The notes under the pieces are model-generated. The model had not been told where the DNA came from. It did not search any database and was given only the letters and a program-made list of their open reading frames with translations. Both the position numbers and the translations under genes were made by a program. This document shows, in pieces, positions 53,554 through 62,119 of a stretch of 64,000 bases of DNA; within the stretch, counting starts at the first letter, position 1, and every line of letters starts with the position of its first letter. This DNA is from Limnospira fusiformis SAG 85.79 (GTDB taxonomy: Bacteria; Cyanobacteriota; Cyanobacteriia; Cyanobacteriales; Microcoleaceae), in contig NZ_CP051185.1 in assembly GCF_012516315.1 (NCBI RefSeq), forward strand, positions 3,413,363 through 3,477,362. The letters run 5' to 3'.

Positions 53554-55681
53554 TCATCATCTCAGGGGTGAGACGATAAGGGTCTTCCCAGAGAAAGCCT
53601 AAATGACATCCGAGATGATCGGGTCCATTTCCTCGGGATTGCGATCGCAGTTCTTGGACTGACTCCGTTAACTGACGCAAAGGGCGACAGGTGAGGAGTT
53701 GATTGATACTCTCAGCATAGTTGGAATTGGCATCAGGGCATCGGGGCCAAAGGGCGATCGGTGTTGCTGCTTGTAACATGGCTTTGACTAAAACCTGGAA
53801 CTGCTCAGAGGCGGTGGGACAAGTCAGCTTTAAGCCTATTTTCTGGGTTAATTGGTGGGGCAGTTGCCGAGAGTTGAAGCTGTGGAGGTCTTCTAGGCTC
53901 TCAAAACTTTCTAACGGGGGATATTGGTCTAAAATCTGGCTGACTTTCCCCCAGTTTTCATACCACTGATTGAGGTAATTGTCAAGATAATCGAGATTTA
54001 ATCGTTCAAGCGATCGCACTCGCAGTCCGTACCTCATTCCCCAACAAAATTCACTATCAATGGGGTCAAATTCTAATTGCCATTGGTCAACTTCGGTACT
54101 GAGAAACTCTTGGGGCAAAAACACTTCAATAGTTAAATGATACCGCTTTCCTCTCAGCAACTTTAAGGCTTTTCTGAGACATTGATTTAACACACTCTGA
54201 ATCTCCGCCTGAGTACAACTTAACCCATATTCCCCAGGTTCATCTAACAGCGGCTTAAACGCGGTATTGGGGTCATTTTGGATTAAGGAATTATCCTTCA
54301 CTAGCCAAGCCTTGACGATGAATTGCTCAGACTTTTTCTGGGACTCCACAGTAACCAGCACATAAGACTCTAAGGGATGGGGTAAATTATCGGCTTCTTT
54401 CTGGGATGTCTGATTTTCCAATAAGTTTAAGAATTTATCTAAGCATTGATACCGCAAAATCTGGGTCAAGCTGCTGAGTTCAGAAGGTGAAAATTTATCC
54501 TCTAAAATAGCATCATCTGGTAATTCAGTATGGGCAAACTCTATGACATCTTTATCATAACCAATACCCTGCAATATTTGAAGAATTTGTTGCGATATCC
54601 CTTCAAAATTCATAGGTTTTCTATCTTCAAACATCCCAGGAATGGGGAGGATAGTCGATGATTTTAATAGAGTTTTGATTTCCTCAATCCCTTGATTGGC
54701 TTGGTCAACCCCGGCTTGAAGTTCTTCAAGTTGCCAGGGAATGCTCTGTAAAATCTCTCGAATACTGCCATAACTCGACTCAAGGCTTGCGGAAATCTCT
54801 CGCAGGGTTTGCCGTTGTTGTTCTTCGCTAACCTCCTTAAGTTTACCCTGTAAGTCATCAAAATGTTGTTGGATTTTGGCAAACTCTAGAATCTGATAGG
54901 CTTGACTGGCTTCGCCGTCATTTTTGAGTTGCAGTAATTGGCTTAAAACACTTCCAAACTGAGTATTTTGCTGTTCATTTAGCCCAGCCAAGTCAGTCTG
55001 CAACCTGGTCAGTAAATCCAACATTAACCCCGCGAAAGCCTTACCATCTTCGGCAAAATCTTCCTTGAGGGTTTGACGGAAGGCTTGGGGGAACTCATCA
55101 TAAAGCAATTCGGAGACTGTGGCAGAAACTCCATCAGGAAACTGAAATCCTCCACCCGGACAGGCTTCCATATTCAGCCGTCTAAAAATATCTTGCCAAT
55201 CTTCCAGTTCCAGGATTTCATCACCCTTTGGAATCAGGATATCTGGGAGTTTACCCTCACCAAGTTCTGGGTATCTTTCCGATTCTCCTGTCTCTTCATT
55301 TAGCCAACGACTCCATAAATCTACCCATTTGTCGGGGGTGATTTCGGCAATCTTCAGAAGATGGTGACGAGTCTTTCTATCATGCTTAAACTTAGGGACG
55401 GCTTTATCGGTAATAATGGCGGCGATCGCTTTGCCAACGGCTTGAATTAAATCCTGGTTTTTTAAAGAAACCCCAGGATGTCCGGTGGTGGCATCCCCTA
55501 ACTCATTCGCCACATTTCCGGCTATAACTGAGCCAATAGCCTTGCAAGTTTCTCCCAAAAACTCTTGAGCCTCTGGGTTCGAGAGTAACCCCACGACACC
55601 CAAGGCTGGGGGGAATGTGCAGGTTGCAACATAGCAGGCTCCAAATACTCCCAGCCGATAGAGGGTCTTTTTGACCGCCAT
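53528..55681 (-). CDS. large uncharacterized protein (717 aa, central coiled coil), first gene of the MoxR operon
   Basis: Long ORF overlapping the MoxR start by 26 nt. Central heptad-rich region; no motif I can name. Confidence 0.5.
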   Translation of the reverse strand: MAVKKTLYRLGVFGACYVATCTFPPALGVVGLLSNPEAQEFLGETCKAIGSVIAGNVANELGDATTGHPGVSLKNQDLIQAVGKAIAAIITDKAVPKFKHDRKTRHHLLKIAEITPDKWVDLWSRWLNEETGESERYPELGEGKLPDILIPKGDEILELEDWQDIFRRLNMEACPGGGFQFPDGVSATVSELLYDEFPQAFRQTLKEDFAEDGKAFAGLMLDLLTRLQTDLAGLNEQQNTQFGSVLSQLLQLKNDGEASQAYQILEFAKIQQHFDDLQGKLKEVSEEQQRQTLREISASLESSYGSIREILQSIPWQLEELQAGVDQANQGIEEIKTLLKSSTILPIPGMFEDRKPMNFEGISQQILQILQGIGYDKDVIEFAHTELPDDAILEDKFSPSELSSLTQILRYQCLDKFLNLLENQTSQKEADNLPHPLESYVLVTVESQKKSEQFIVKAWLVKDNSLIQNDPNTAFKPLLDEPGEYGLSCTQAEIQSVLNQCLRKALKLLRGKRYHLTIEVFLPQEFLSTEVDQWQLEFDPIDSEFCWGMRYGLRVRSLERLNLDYLDNYLNQWYENWGKVSQILDQYPPLESFESLEDLHSFNSRQLPHQLTQKIGLKLTCPTASEQFQVLVKAMLQAATPIALWPRCPDANSNYAESINQLLTCRPLRQLTESVQELRSQSRGNGPDHLGCHLGFLWEDPYRLTPEMMIELMQPGE

Positions 55682-55971
55682 ATCCTGCTCCGTCTAACTC
55701 ATGGACTGATTCTACCAGAAACCGCCTAGAAATCTGATGTCTGGGGTCATGGTTTTCTGGGATTTTTGATTCCACCGGATTAACCTTCTGCTGCTGTCTG
55801 GGAATTCTTGTGCCGCTAGGCTTGACAGGTGCTGCCAAGCCATGATACTATATCTATGTACAGTTTCATAATTGAGATATTTATTCTTTAAAAAAAATTA
55901 GCAATATTCCCATTATGTAAAAGTATAGCCCAGGTTTCCCAAAAAAGCAAGGAACCCCCCCAGAAAAAAAA

Positions 55972-56008
55972 TTTTCGTAACATTTCGTAACATTTCGTAA
56001 CATTTCTT
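55972..56008. repeat. 10-bp direct repeat TTTCGTAACA x3.5 in the divergent promoter region
   Basis: ttttcgtaacatttcgtaacatttcgtaacatttc sits between the MoxR operon start (55681, minus) and the redoxin gene (56075, plus). Confidence 0.8.
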
Positions 56009-56074
56009 TACAGAAGTTAACATAATTATGAATTACATTGATAGCTAATCAAGCAGAGTAGATATGAGATTGAG

Positions 56075-56626
56075 ATGATGCTAACTTCCAATGACTTTAG
56101 TGGGTTACTGAATCAAAGATTTTTCCGAAACTTTTTACCCATTCCGGCGACTGGGACTTTACACTTAGGGAAAAAGACCCCAGACTTTGAATTACCAGAC
56201 ATCACGAATAATGGGAAAGTGCGTCTGTCTGAATACCGAGGTAATACGCCTGTTATTCTGGCGTTTACGCGAATTTTTACGGAAAAGCAGTATTGTCCCC
56301 TATGCTACCCCCACATAAAAGCTCTCAATGAAAATTATGCAGCTTTTGTGGAGCGTGGCGCTGAAATATTGATGATTACCAGTACAGACACAGCACAAAG
56401 CCAGACCGTGGTTAAAGATTTAGGTCTAAAAATGCCGTTGTTAAGTGATTCTAGCTGTGGTATTTTCCGACTTTATCATGTAGGTCAAGCCTTGGGCGCA
56501 CCTCTTCCGGCTCAATTTGTTTTAGACCGTGAGGGAATCTTACAATATCGCCATTTATTTTCGTTTCTTGAACCCAATGCGACAGTCCCTAAACTGCTGA
56601 GTGTTCTGGATGAACTAGCTAATTAA
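56075..56626 (+). CDS. AhpC/TSA-redoxin family thiol-disulfide oxidoreductase
   Basis: Thioredoxin-fold with a CPLC motif; GNTPVILAFTRIF... Confidence 0.65.
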   Translation: MMLTSNDFSGLLNQRFFRNFLPIPATGTLHLGKKTPDFELPDITNNGKVRLSEYRGNTPVILAFTRIFTEKQYCPLCYPHIKALNENYAAFVERGAEILMITSTDTAQSQTVVKDLGLKMPLLSDSSCGIFRLYHVGQALGAPLPAQFVLDREGILQYRHLFSFLEPNATVPKLLSVLDELAN

Positions 56627-57666
56627 AAACCAGGCTGCCAATCTTTGGATTCTAAGCGTTTGAGCTGTTGTAGGTAACGAGAAAAATAACCATGATTTAA
56701 GCGGCTGTAGTCGTACATTTTGGCGCTTTGTAAGCTAATCGCCCAGGACCAAATTTGGGCAACTTGGGTGAAGGCGGGTAAGGTATATTTTTCCCAATCA
56801 GTGAGGGGGTAAATATCTTGATATCCTTGTATAAAAGCGTCTCGGCTACTACGTCCTAACCCGGCTTGTAGGGAAACTTGTAAAAATTTGGCGATGTCAA
56901 AAATGCGCCAACCATAGCCACATTGATCAAAGTCGAATAGGGTGATATCTCCTGAATTGGTAAAATGGGCGTTTCCACTGTGGGGGTCTCCCCAACAAAT
57001 TCCCCATAGGTCAGCGTTTTTGGGGAAATCAGCTAGTTGAGCCCGGATTGTCTCTGCTGTATTATGTAAGTCTGATAGGTCAGACGATCGCAATTGTAGG
57101 AAGGGGGCGATCGCTTCTACGGAACGATCTAAGAGGTATTCTAGGGTTAGTGGCGATCGGTAATGGTCTGTATGGAAGTGACGAGAAACCTGATGAAGAC
57201 GGGCGACAGTTTGACCTAGTTGGCGACTTTGGCTAGAGTTTAAGTCTCCTAGGGGGATTTGTCCTGATGCGTAGGTGAACAGGGCTGCATATCGTTTCCC
57301 CTCCGGTGCATTAATTTCTACTAACAGTTGATTCTCCCAAGTCCTTAACGGGTGCGAAACGGGAATATCTCGTTTCCGCAGAAAGTCCAACAGGTCTAAC
57401 TCGAATTGGGTTTCTGACCTGGACCGCCAATGATGATGGGACACTCTGAGAATGTAGGATCTGATCGATGTTTCGATTACATATATATCACTCAAGCCTC
57501 GATGCCAAAATTCACAACTCTGGACTGCTTCGAGTCTATACTTAGGCAGTACCTTGGAAAGTAAAGCATCACAGGCTAGGGTTGAGTAACTGACGGGAAA
57601 TGTCTCTTCTGTAGTCGTTAGGCTTAGTCTAGATCCTTTGCTTTTGGTGCGACTAACAGCAATCAT
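56623..57666 (-). CDS. aminoglycoside/choline-kinase-like phosphotransferase (APH family)
   Basis: Brenner motif WGDPHSGNAHF and DFDQCGYG. Confidence 0.65.
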   Translation of the reverse strand: MIAVSRTKSKGSRLSLTTTEETFPVSYSTLACDALLSKVLPKYRLEAVQSCEFWHRGLSDIYVIETSIRSYILRVSHHHWRSRSETQFELDLLDFLRKRDIPVSHPLRTWENQLLVEINAPEGKRYAALFTYASGQIPLGDLNSSQSRQLGQTVARLHQVSRHFHTDHYRSPLTLEYLLDRSVEAIAPFLQLRSSDLSDLHNTAETIRAQLADFPKNADLWGICWGDPHSGNAHFTNSGDITLFDFDQCGYGWRIFDIAKFLQVSLQAGLGRSSRDAFIQGYQDIYPLTDWEKYTLPAFTQVAQIWSWAISLQSAKMYDYSRLNHGYFSRYLQQLKRLESKDWQPGF

Positions 57667-58260
57667 GGCTTTATACCTCCAAAGTTATTTGATGAGTGTT
57701 GACGGCTTCTCTGGTCCCACACAGATGCGATCGCTTTAGCTGGCTAACGGTTTCCCTCCGTTGTTGGTAGCATCTGTATTGACTATTTCCCTTTTTTGGA
57801 TCAATTGGCTGATTCCTCGCCTGATTCCCTCAACTATCCGGTTATTTCTACCATCAAAAATTATCAAACCTTTTTGGTATAAATGACAAGCTATGGCGAC
57901 GTTGAACCACCAATCGATCACACCATTTGATTCATTATCATATTTCTTCTAGCCTAAAATTGTAAGATAAAAATGACATTTTTATATTTTTTTTCCAGAT
58001 GATTTTCCCGGTCAATAATTCTTAACTATTTATTTGTATTTTTCCCGAAAACTGATATAATGGACGATTATGCCATTCCACCAAGCCATACTACAAATCG
58101 AATTTTTTGGCAAGTCTGATTTGAACAAAATCTGCGATTTCTGGTTGATCACTTAGCAACTATCCTCAAATTTGGTAAAATTGATTACAGTTTTTGTAGT
58201 GGTTATGCGCTATGGCTGACCTGATAGCTGGGAATATGAAACCAATTAAATCAATGGGAC

Positions 58261-58896
58261 ATGGAAGTGATGAGATGTCTGATTAAATCAGCCAAGGAAA
58301 AAGCTAATCAGCCTCATGATTTCACGAGGTTAACAGATAACAGGTCTCGCTTGCACGCGATCGCCAAACCCGCTATGGTATTTGAGGACGGTTATCAGGT
58401 CTACGCCCATCATGGCTGGATTTTCCGAGAAGATTATCTATGGGGGGTTGAGTTAATCCGTCATAGTGTGGATGAAAGCGATCGCCTCCACGCCGAAGGG
58501 GAAGCCGCCATCGAATTTTCCGATGGATTTTGCTGTCACGTCCAGGGGGTAAGGTTACCGGAAAAATACGGCAAACTGCACCCAAATCCATGGCAATCAC
58601 AATGGTTATTAACGGAACCAAATGCGGAACGAATAAGGGTGTTAATTGAGGGGATAGGTTATGGCAGAATTTGCCAAGAACTCGATTCGGTAGAATTAGA
58701 TAATTGGCGGGAATATAATTTATTAAAAATTGATAACTATCAGGAAAACGAGCCAATTTTATTATTAAAAATGACCTGTGGGAGTACCAAATCAATTCAT
58801 GTCCTGCGGGTTCCCCCAGATATGACCTCAGCTAGGGCGGCGATTAAGTGGGTGAACTGGGGGATTGACCCGGAAGAATTTGCAGTGTCAACTTAA
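58261..58896 (+). CDS. hypothetical protein
   Basis: 211-aa ORF; no recognisable motif. Confidence 0.4.
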   Translation: MEVMRCLIKSAKEKANQPHDFTRLTDNRSRLHAIAKPAMVFEDGYQVYAHHGWIFREDYLWGVELIRHSVDESDRLHAEGEAAIEFSDGFCCHVQGVRLPEKYGKLHPNPWQSQWLLTEPNAERIRVLIEGIGYGRICQELDSVELDNWREYNLLKIDNYQENEPILLLKMTCGSTKSIHVLRVPPDMTSARAAIKWVNWGIDPEEFAVST

Positions 58897-59019
58897 ACAA
58901 TATTTAATGATTATGCGATCGGCAAAATGTCTCGTTCAATTCTAGCCATATCGAGATAAAAATGTTACCATCTATTCTACAATTGTAGCATCTAATGGTT
59001 TGAGAGTTGGGCTTTTTTT

Positions 59020-60285
59020 ATGGATTATAAACAAGAATTAATTACCACAATCCACGATTTTGGCTGTGACCTAGAATTATTAGAAGGTCGCTTAACCCAA
59101 CTCAGTGAAATTTCCCCAACAGCCGTCCTAATTCCGGCGTTGTATGAAGAACTAGAAAGACCGGCGCTGACTCAAATTCGCGATTGCTTAAAAGACTGTG
59201 AATTTGTCAGAACTGTTGTAATATGTGTGCGAGCAACCACCTTAGAACAATATGCCAGCACGGTTCAATTTTTTGAAATCATGCCCCAACCGACCCTAGT
59301 AATTTGGGAAAACGGACCCCGCGTGACTCAACTTTTGAACAAATTAAGGGAAAAGGGGCTAGATCTATTGAGTTTTAAAGGTAAAGGTCAAGCGGTATGG
59401 TTAGGACTAGGTTTAGCATCCCTGCAAGCGGAAGCGATCGCTCTCCATGATGCAGATATTACCACCTATGATAAATCCTATCCGCTCAAATTGTTATTTC
59501 CCCTAGTGGAGAAGGACTTAGGCTTGGCCTTCAATAAAGCCTACTACGCGCGCATAGGAGGGGAACCCCTAGGTTTTCATGGTCGGGTAGTGCGTCTGTT
59601 TGTGACACCGTTACTGACAGCAATGATGGATGTATTTGGCTATAACAATTACCTCCGGTATCTTAGCGCCTATCGTTACCCCCTGTCGGGAGAATTTGCC
59701 CTGACCGATGACCTGGCCCTGAATACTCGCATTCCGGGTAACTGGGGGTTAGAAATCGGGTTATTAGCAGAAGTCTACCGCAATGTTGCCGATAAACGTA
59801 TCGCCCAAATCGACTTAGGGATTTTCGACCATAAACATCAAAGCCTAGGAAGATCCAGCAATGAAGGCCTGCGGAAGATGTGCCGGGATATTTTCCGTTC
59901 AATTCTCAGAACCCTAGTAGAAATGGAAAGAGTTACCATTAGCCGGGAACAAATCCATACTTTGCGGGTAAAATTTCGGCGAGAAGCACAAGACTACACG
60001 AGACAATATTTTCTTGATGCCCGATTTAATAACCTACACTACGATCGCCACCAGGAAGAAATGACTGTAGAAATCTTTGAACAGGTGATCGCAGAAGCCG
60101 GGGACGAATATTTCCGCAACCCAGCGGGGGCGCAAATTCCTGACTGGACTAGGGCGTTAGCGGTAATGCCAGCCCTGCGGGAACAACTACGGGAAGCCAC
60201 CCGGCGCGATATGGTACAAGGGAGGGAACTTACCGAAAAAAATGCTGGTGAACCTTCGCCGGAGGCTGACTCGGAAGCAAATTAG
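59020..60285 (+). CDS. gpgS: glucosyl-3-phosphoglycerate synthase-like glycosyltransferase (GT81, GpgS family) with terminal extensions
   Basis: HDADITTYD; GRVVRLFVTPLL; GLEIGLLAEVY; IAQIDLGIFDHKHQSL. These parallel the GpgS motifs GGRVTELVARPLL, GVEIGLLVDTY and IAQVNLGVRAHRNRPL. Confidence 0.6.
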   Translation: MDYKQELITTIHDFGCDLELLEGRLTQLSEISPTAVLIPALYEELERPALTQIRDCLKDCEFVRTVVICVRATTLEQYASTVQFFEIMPQPTLVIWENGPRVTQLLNKLREKGLDLLSFKGKGQAVWLGLGLASLQAEAIALHDADITTYDKSYPLKLLFPLVEKDLGLAFNKAYYARIGGEPLGFHGRVVRLFVTPLLTAMMDVFGYNNYLRYLSAYRYPLSGEFALTDDLALNTRIPGNWGLEIGLLAEVYRNVADKRIAQIDLGIFDHKHQSLGRSSNEGLRKMCRDIFRSILRTLVEMERVTISREQIHTLRVKFRREAQDYTRQYFLDARFNNLHYDRHQEEMTVEIFEQVIAEAGDEYFRNPAGAQIPDWTRALAVMPALREQLREATRRDMVQGRELTEKNAGEPSPEADSEAN

Positions 60286-60387
60286 ACTGTTGTGGGTTCT
60301 CGTCTTGTTTCTCAGAACGGTTATTGTATTAAAAGGAACTAAAAGACGCGATCGCCTGATTTTTGGGACTCGACAAAAAGGAAGAGA

Positions 60388-61881
60388 ATGTTTATTGCAT
60401 CGGACAACACTACAATTTTTATCTTACTAATTTCCCTAGGGATTCTGACTTGGGGGTACTACCGCGCTAGACCTTATGGAAAAGCTGGCATTCTCTCATG
60501 GCTACAGTCAGTATCTCTGATGGGACCCTGGCTATTATTTTTTGGGCTAACTGCCTTTGGCATCTATATTAACTTTGTCAGCATTCTGCTGTTATTCGTC
60601 GCCGCCACGGGTATTTACATTTACTTGGGGCGAAAACTGCGATCGCTGGCTGAAGAATTAGATGACAACAACCCACAGATTCCTCAAGAGGGGGAAACTC
60701 CTACCCCAGAAGCTGTTAACCTCAGCGACACCAGCCGGGAAACACCAGGGACTCCCCAAACTGAAACTACAGCTATCAACCCAGAAGACCTAAAAGTTAT
60801 CCAAGGTATTTTTGGCATTGATACCTTTTTCGCCACGGAAACTTTCCCCTATCAAGAGGGAGTGATTTTTAAGGGGAACCTTCGCAGTGACCCGGAAGAG
60901 GTCCATGGTCGTCTCAGCCGCAGCCTTCAAGAAAAAATGGGCGATCGCTTCCGTTTATTTTTAATCGAAAATCCTGACGGTAAACCCGTTGTCATTGTCC
61001 TTCCCAGTAGCAAAGACCCCCAACCCGCTACAGATGGACAAAAAATCCTCGCCCTGGTTTTACTGGTGATTACAGTCGCCACTATTTTTCAAGCCGGGGG
61101 TCTACTTTTGGGCTTCGACTTCTTTGGTGAACATAATCGTTATGGGGAAGTCTTACCTATTGCGATCGGTATAGGATCGGTTCTCGCCGCCCATGAAATC
61201 GCCCATCAAGTTATCGCCAACCGCCACCAGGTTAAATTTAGTCTCCCCTTTTTCATTCCTACTGTACAAATCGGCACCTTTGGCGCTTTTAACCGATTTG
61301 AGTCTCTACTTCCCAACCGGAAGGTTTTATTTGATGTCGCCCTAGCTGGACCCGCCGCCGGGGGTTTGTTATCACTACTTATGCTATTGGCTGGATTGAT
61401 ACTTTCCCACCAAGGTAGTTTGTTTCAAGTTCCCACTAGCTTTTTCCAGGGTTCTGTTTTGGTCGGGCTACTTTCCAAATTGATTCTCGGAAACGCCCTC
61501 AAACAAAGTATTGTCGATGTTCATCCCTTGACTATTATTGGTTGGCTAGGCTTGGTGATTACTGCTATTAATTTAATGCCAGCCGGACAGTTAGATGGTG
61601 GTCGCATTATCCAGTCTATCTTTGGGCGCAAAGTCGCTGGAAGGTCTACTTTTGCTACTTTTATTGTTTTGGCGATCGCTTCTTTGGTCAATCCCCTGGC
61701 TTTGTATTGGGCGGCGGTTATCCTGATTTTACAGCGTAACCTCGAACGTCCTAGCCTTAATGAACTCACTGAACCCGACGACACCCGCGCCGCTTTGGGA
61801 CTCCTGGCTATCTTTATGATGATTATTACCCTCTTTCCCCTTACCCCTACCTTAGCCAGTCGCTTGGGAATTGGCGGTTGA
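60388..61881 (+). CDS. site-2 protease family (M50) membrane zinc metalloprotease
   Basis: HEIAH (HExxH) in a TM helix and NLMPAGQLDGGRI (LDG motif); polytopic membrane protein. Confidence 0.75.
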   Translation: MFIASDNTTIFILLISLGILTWGYYRARPYGKAGILSWLQSVSLMGPWLLFFGLTAFGIYINFVSILLLFVAATGIYIYLGRKLRSLAEELDDNNPQIPQEGETPTPEAVNLSDTSRETPGTPQTETTAINPEDLKVIQGIFGIDTFFATETFPYQEGVIFKGNLRSDPEEVHGRLSRSLQEKMGDRFRLFLIENPDGKPVVIVLPSSKDPQPATDGQKILALVLLVITVATIFQAGGLLLGFDFFGEHNRYGEVLPIAIGIGSVLAAHEIAHQVIANRHQVKFSLPFFIPTVQIGTFGAFNRFESLLPNRKVLFDVALAGPAAGGLLSLLMLLAGLILSHQGSLFQVPTSFFQGSVLVGLLSKLILGNALKQSIVDVHPLTIIGWLGLVITAINLMPAGQLDGGRIIQSIFGRKVAGRSTFATFIVLAIASLVNPLALYWAAVILILQRNLERPSLNELTEPDDTRAALGLLAIFMMIITLFPLTPTLASRLGIGG

Positions 61882-62119
61882 TCTCACCCCATACACAAAC
61901 CACCCCCTGTCTCTATATCGGCTATTGTGTTAATTTATGTAACAAAAAATTAAGAAGTGTTAGAAAAAACGGCTTTTTGGCACTGGGGGGGTTGATTTTG
62001 TAGGTGGCTCGTGGTACTATGTTACATAATGGGAATGTTAGCAATTTTATTTTTTGGGTCAATTATCCATTATGCTATAAACTATATGTCAATAGCCTAT
62101 CACGACTCGACAACAGTTG

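Noticed and set aside
57670-58260. AT-rich 590-bp ORF-free stretch as an RNA gene
   Set aside because: It has only a TATAAT-like hexamer at ~58055 and no convincing structure or conservation cue. It is more likely a promoter or spacer.
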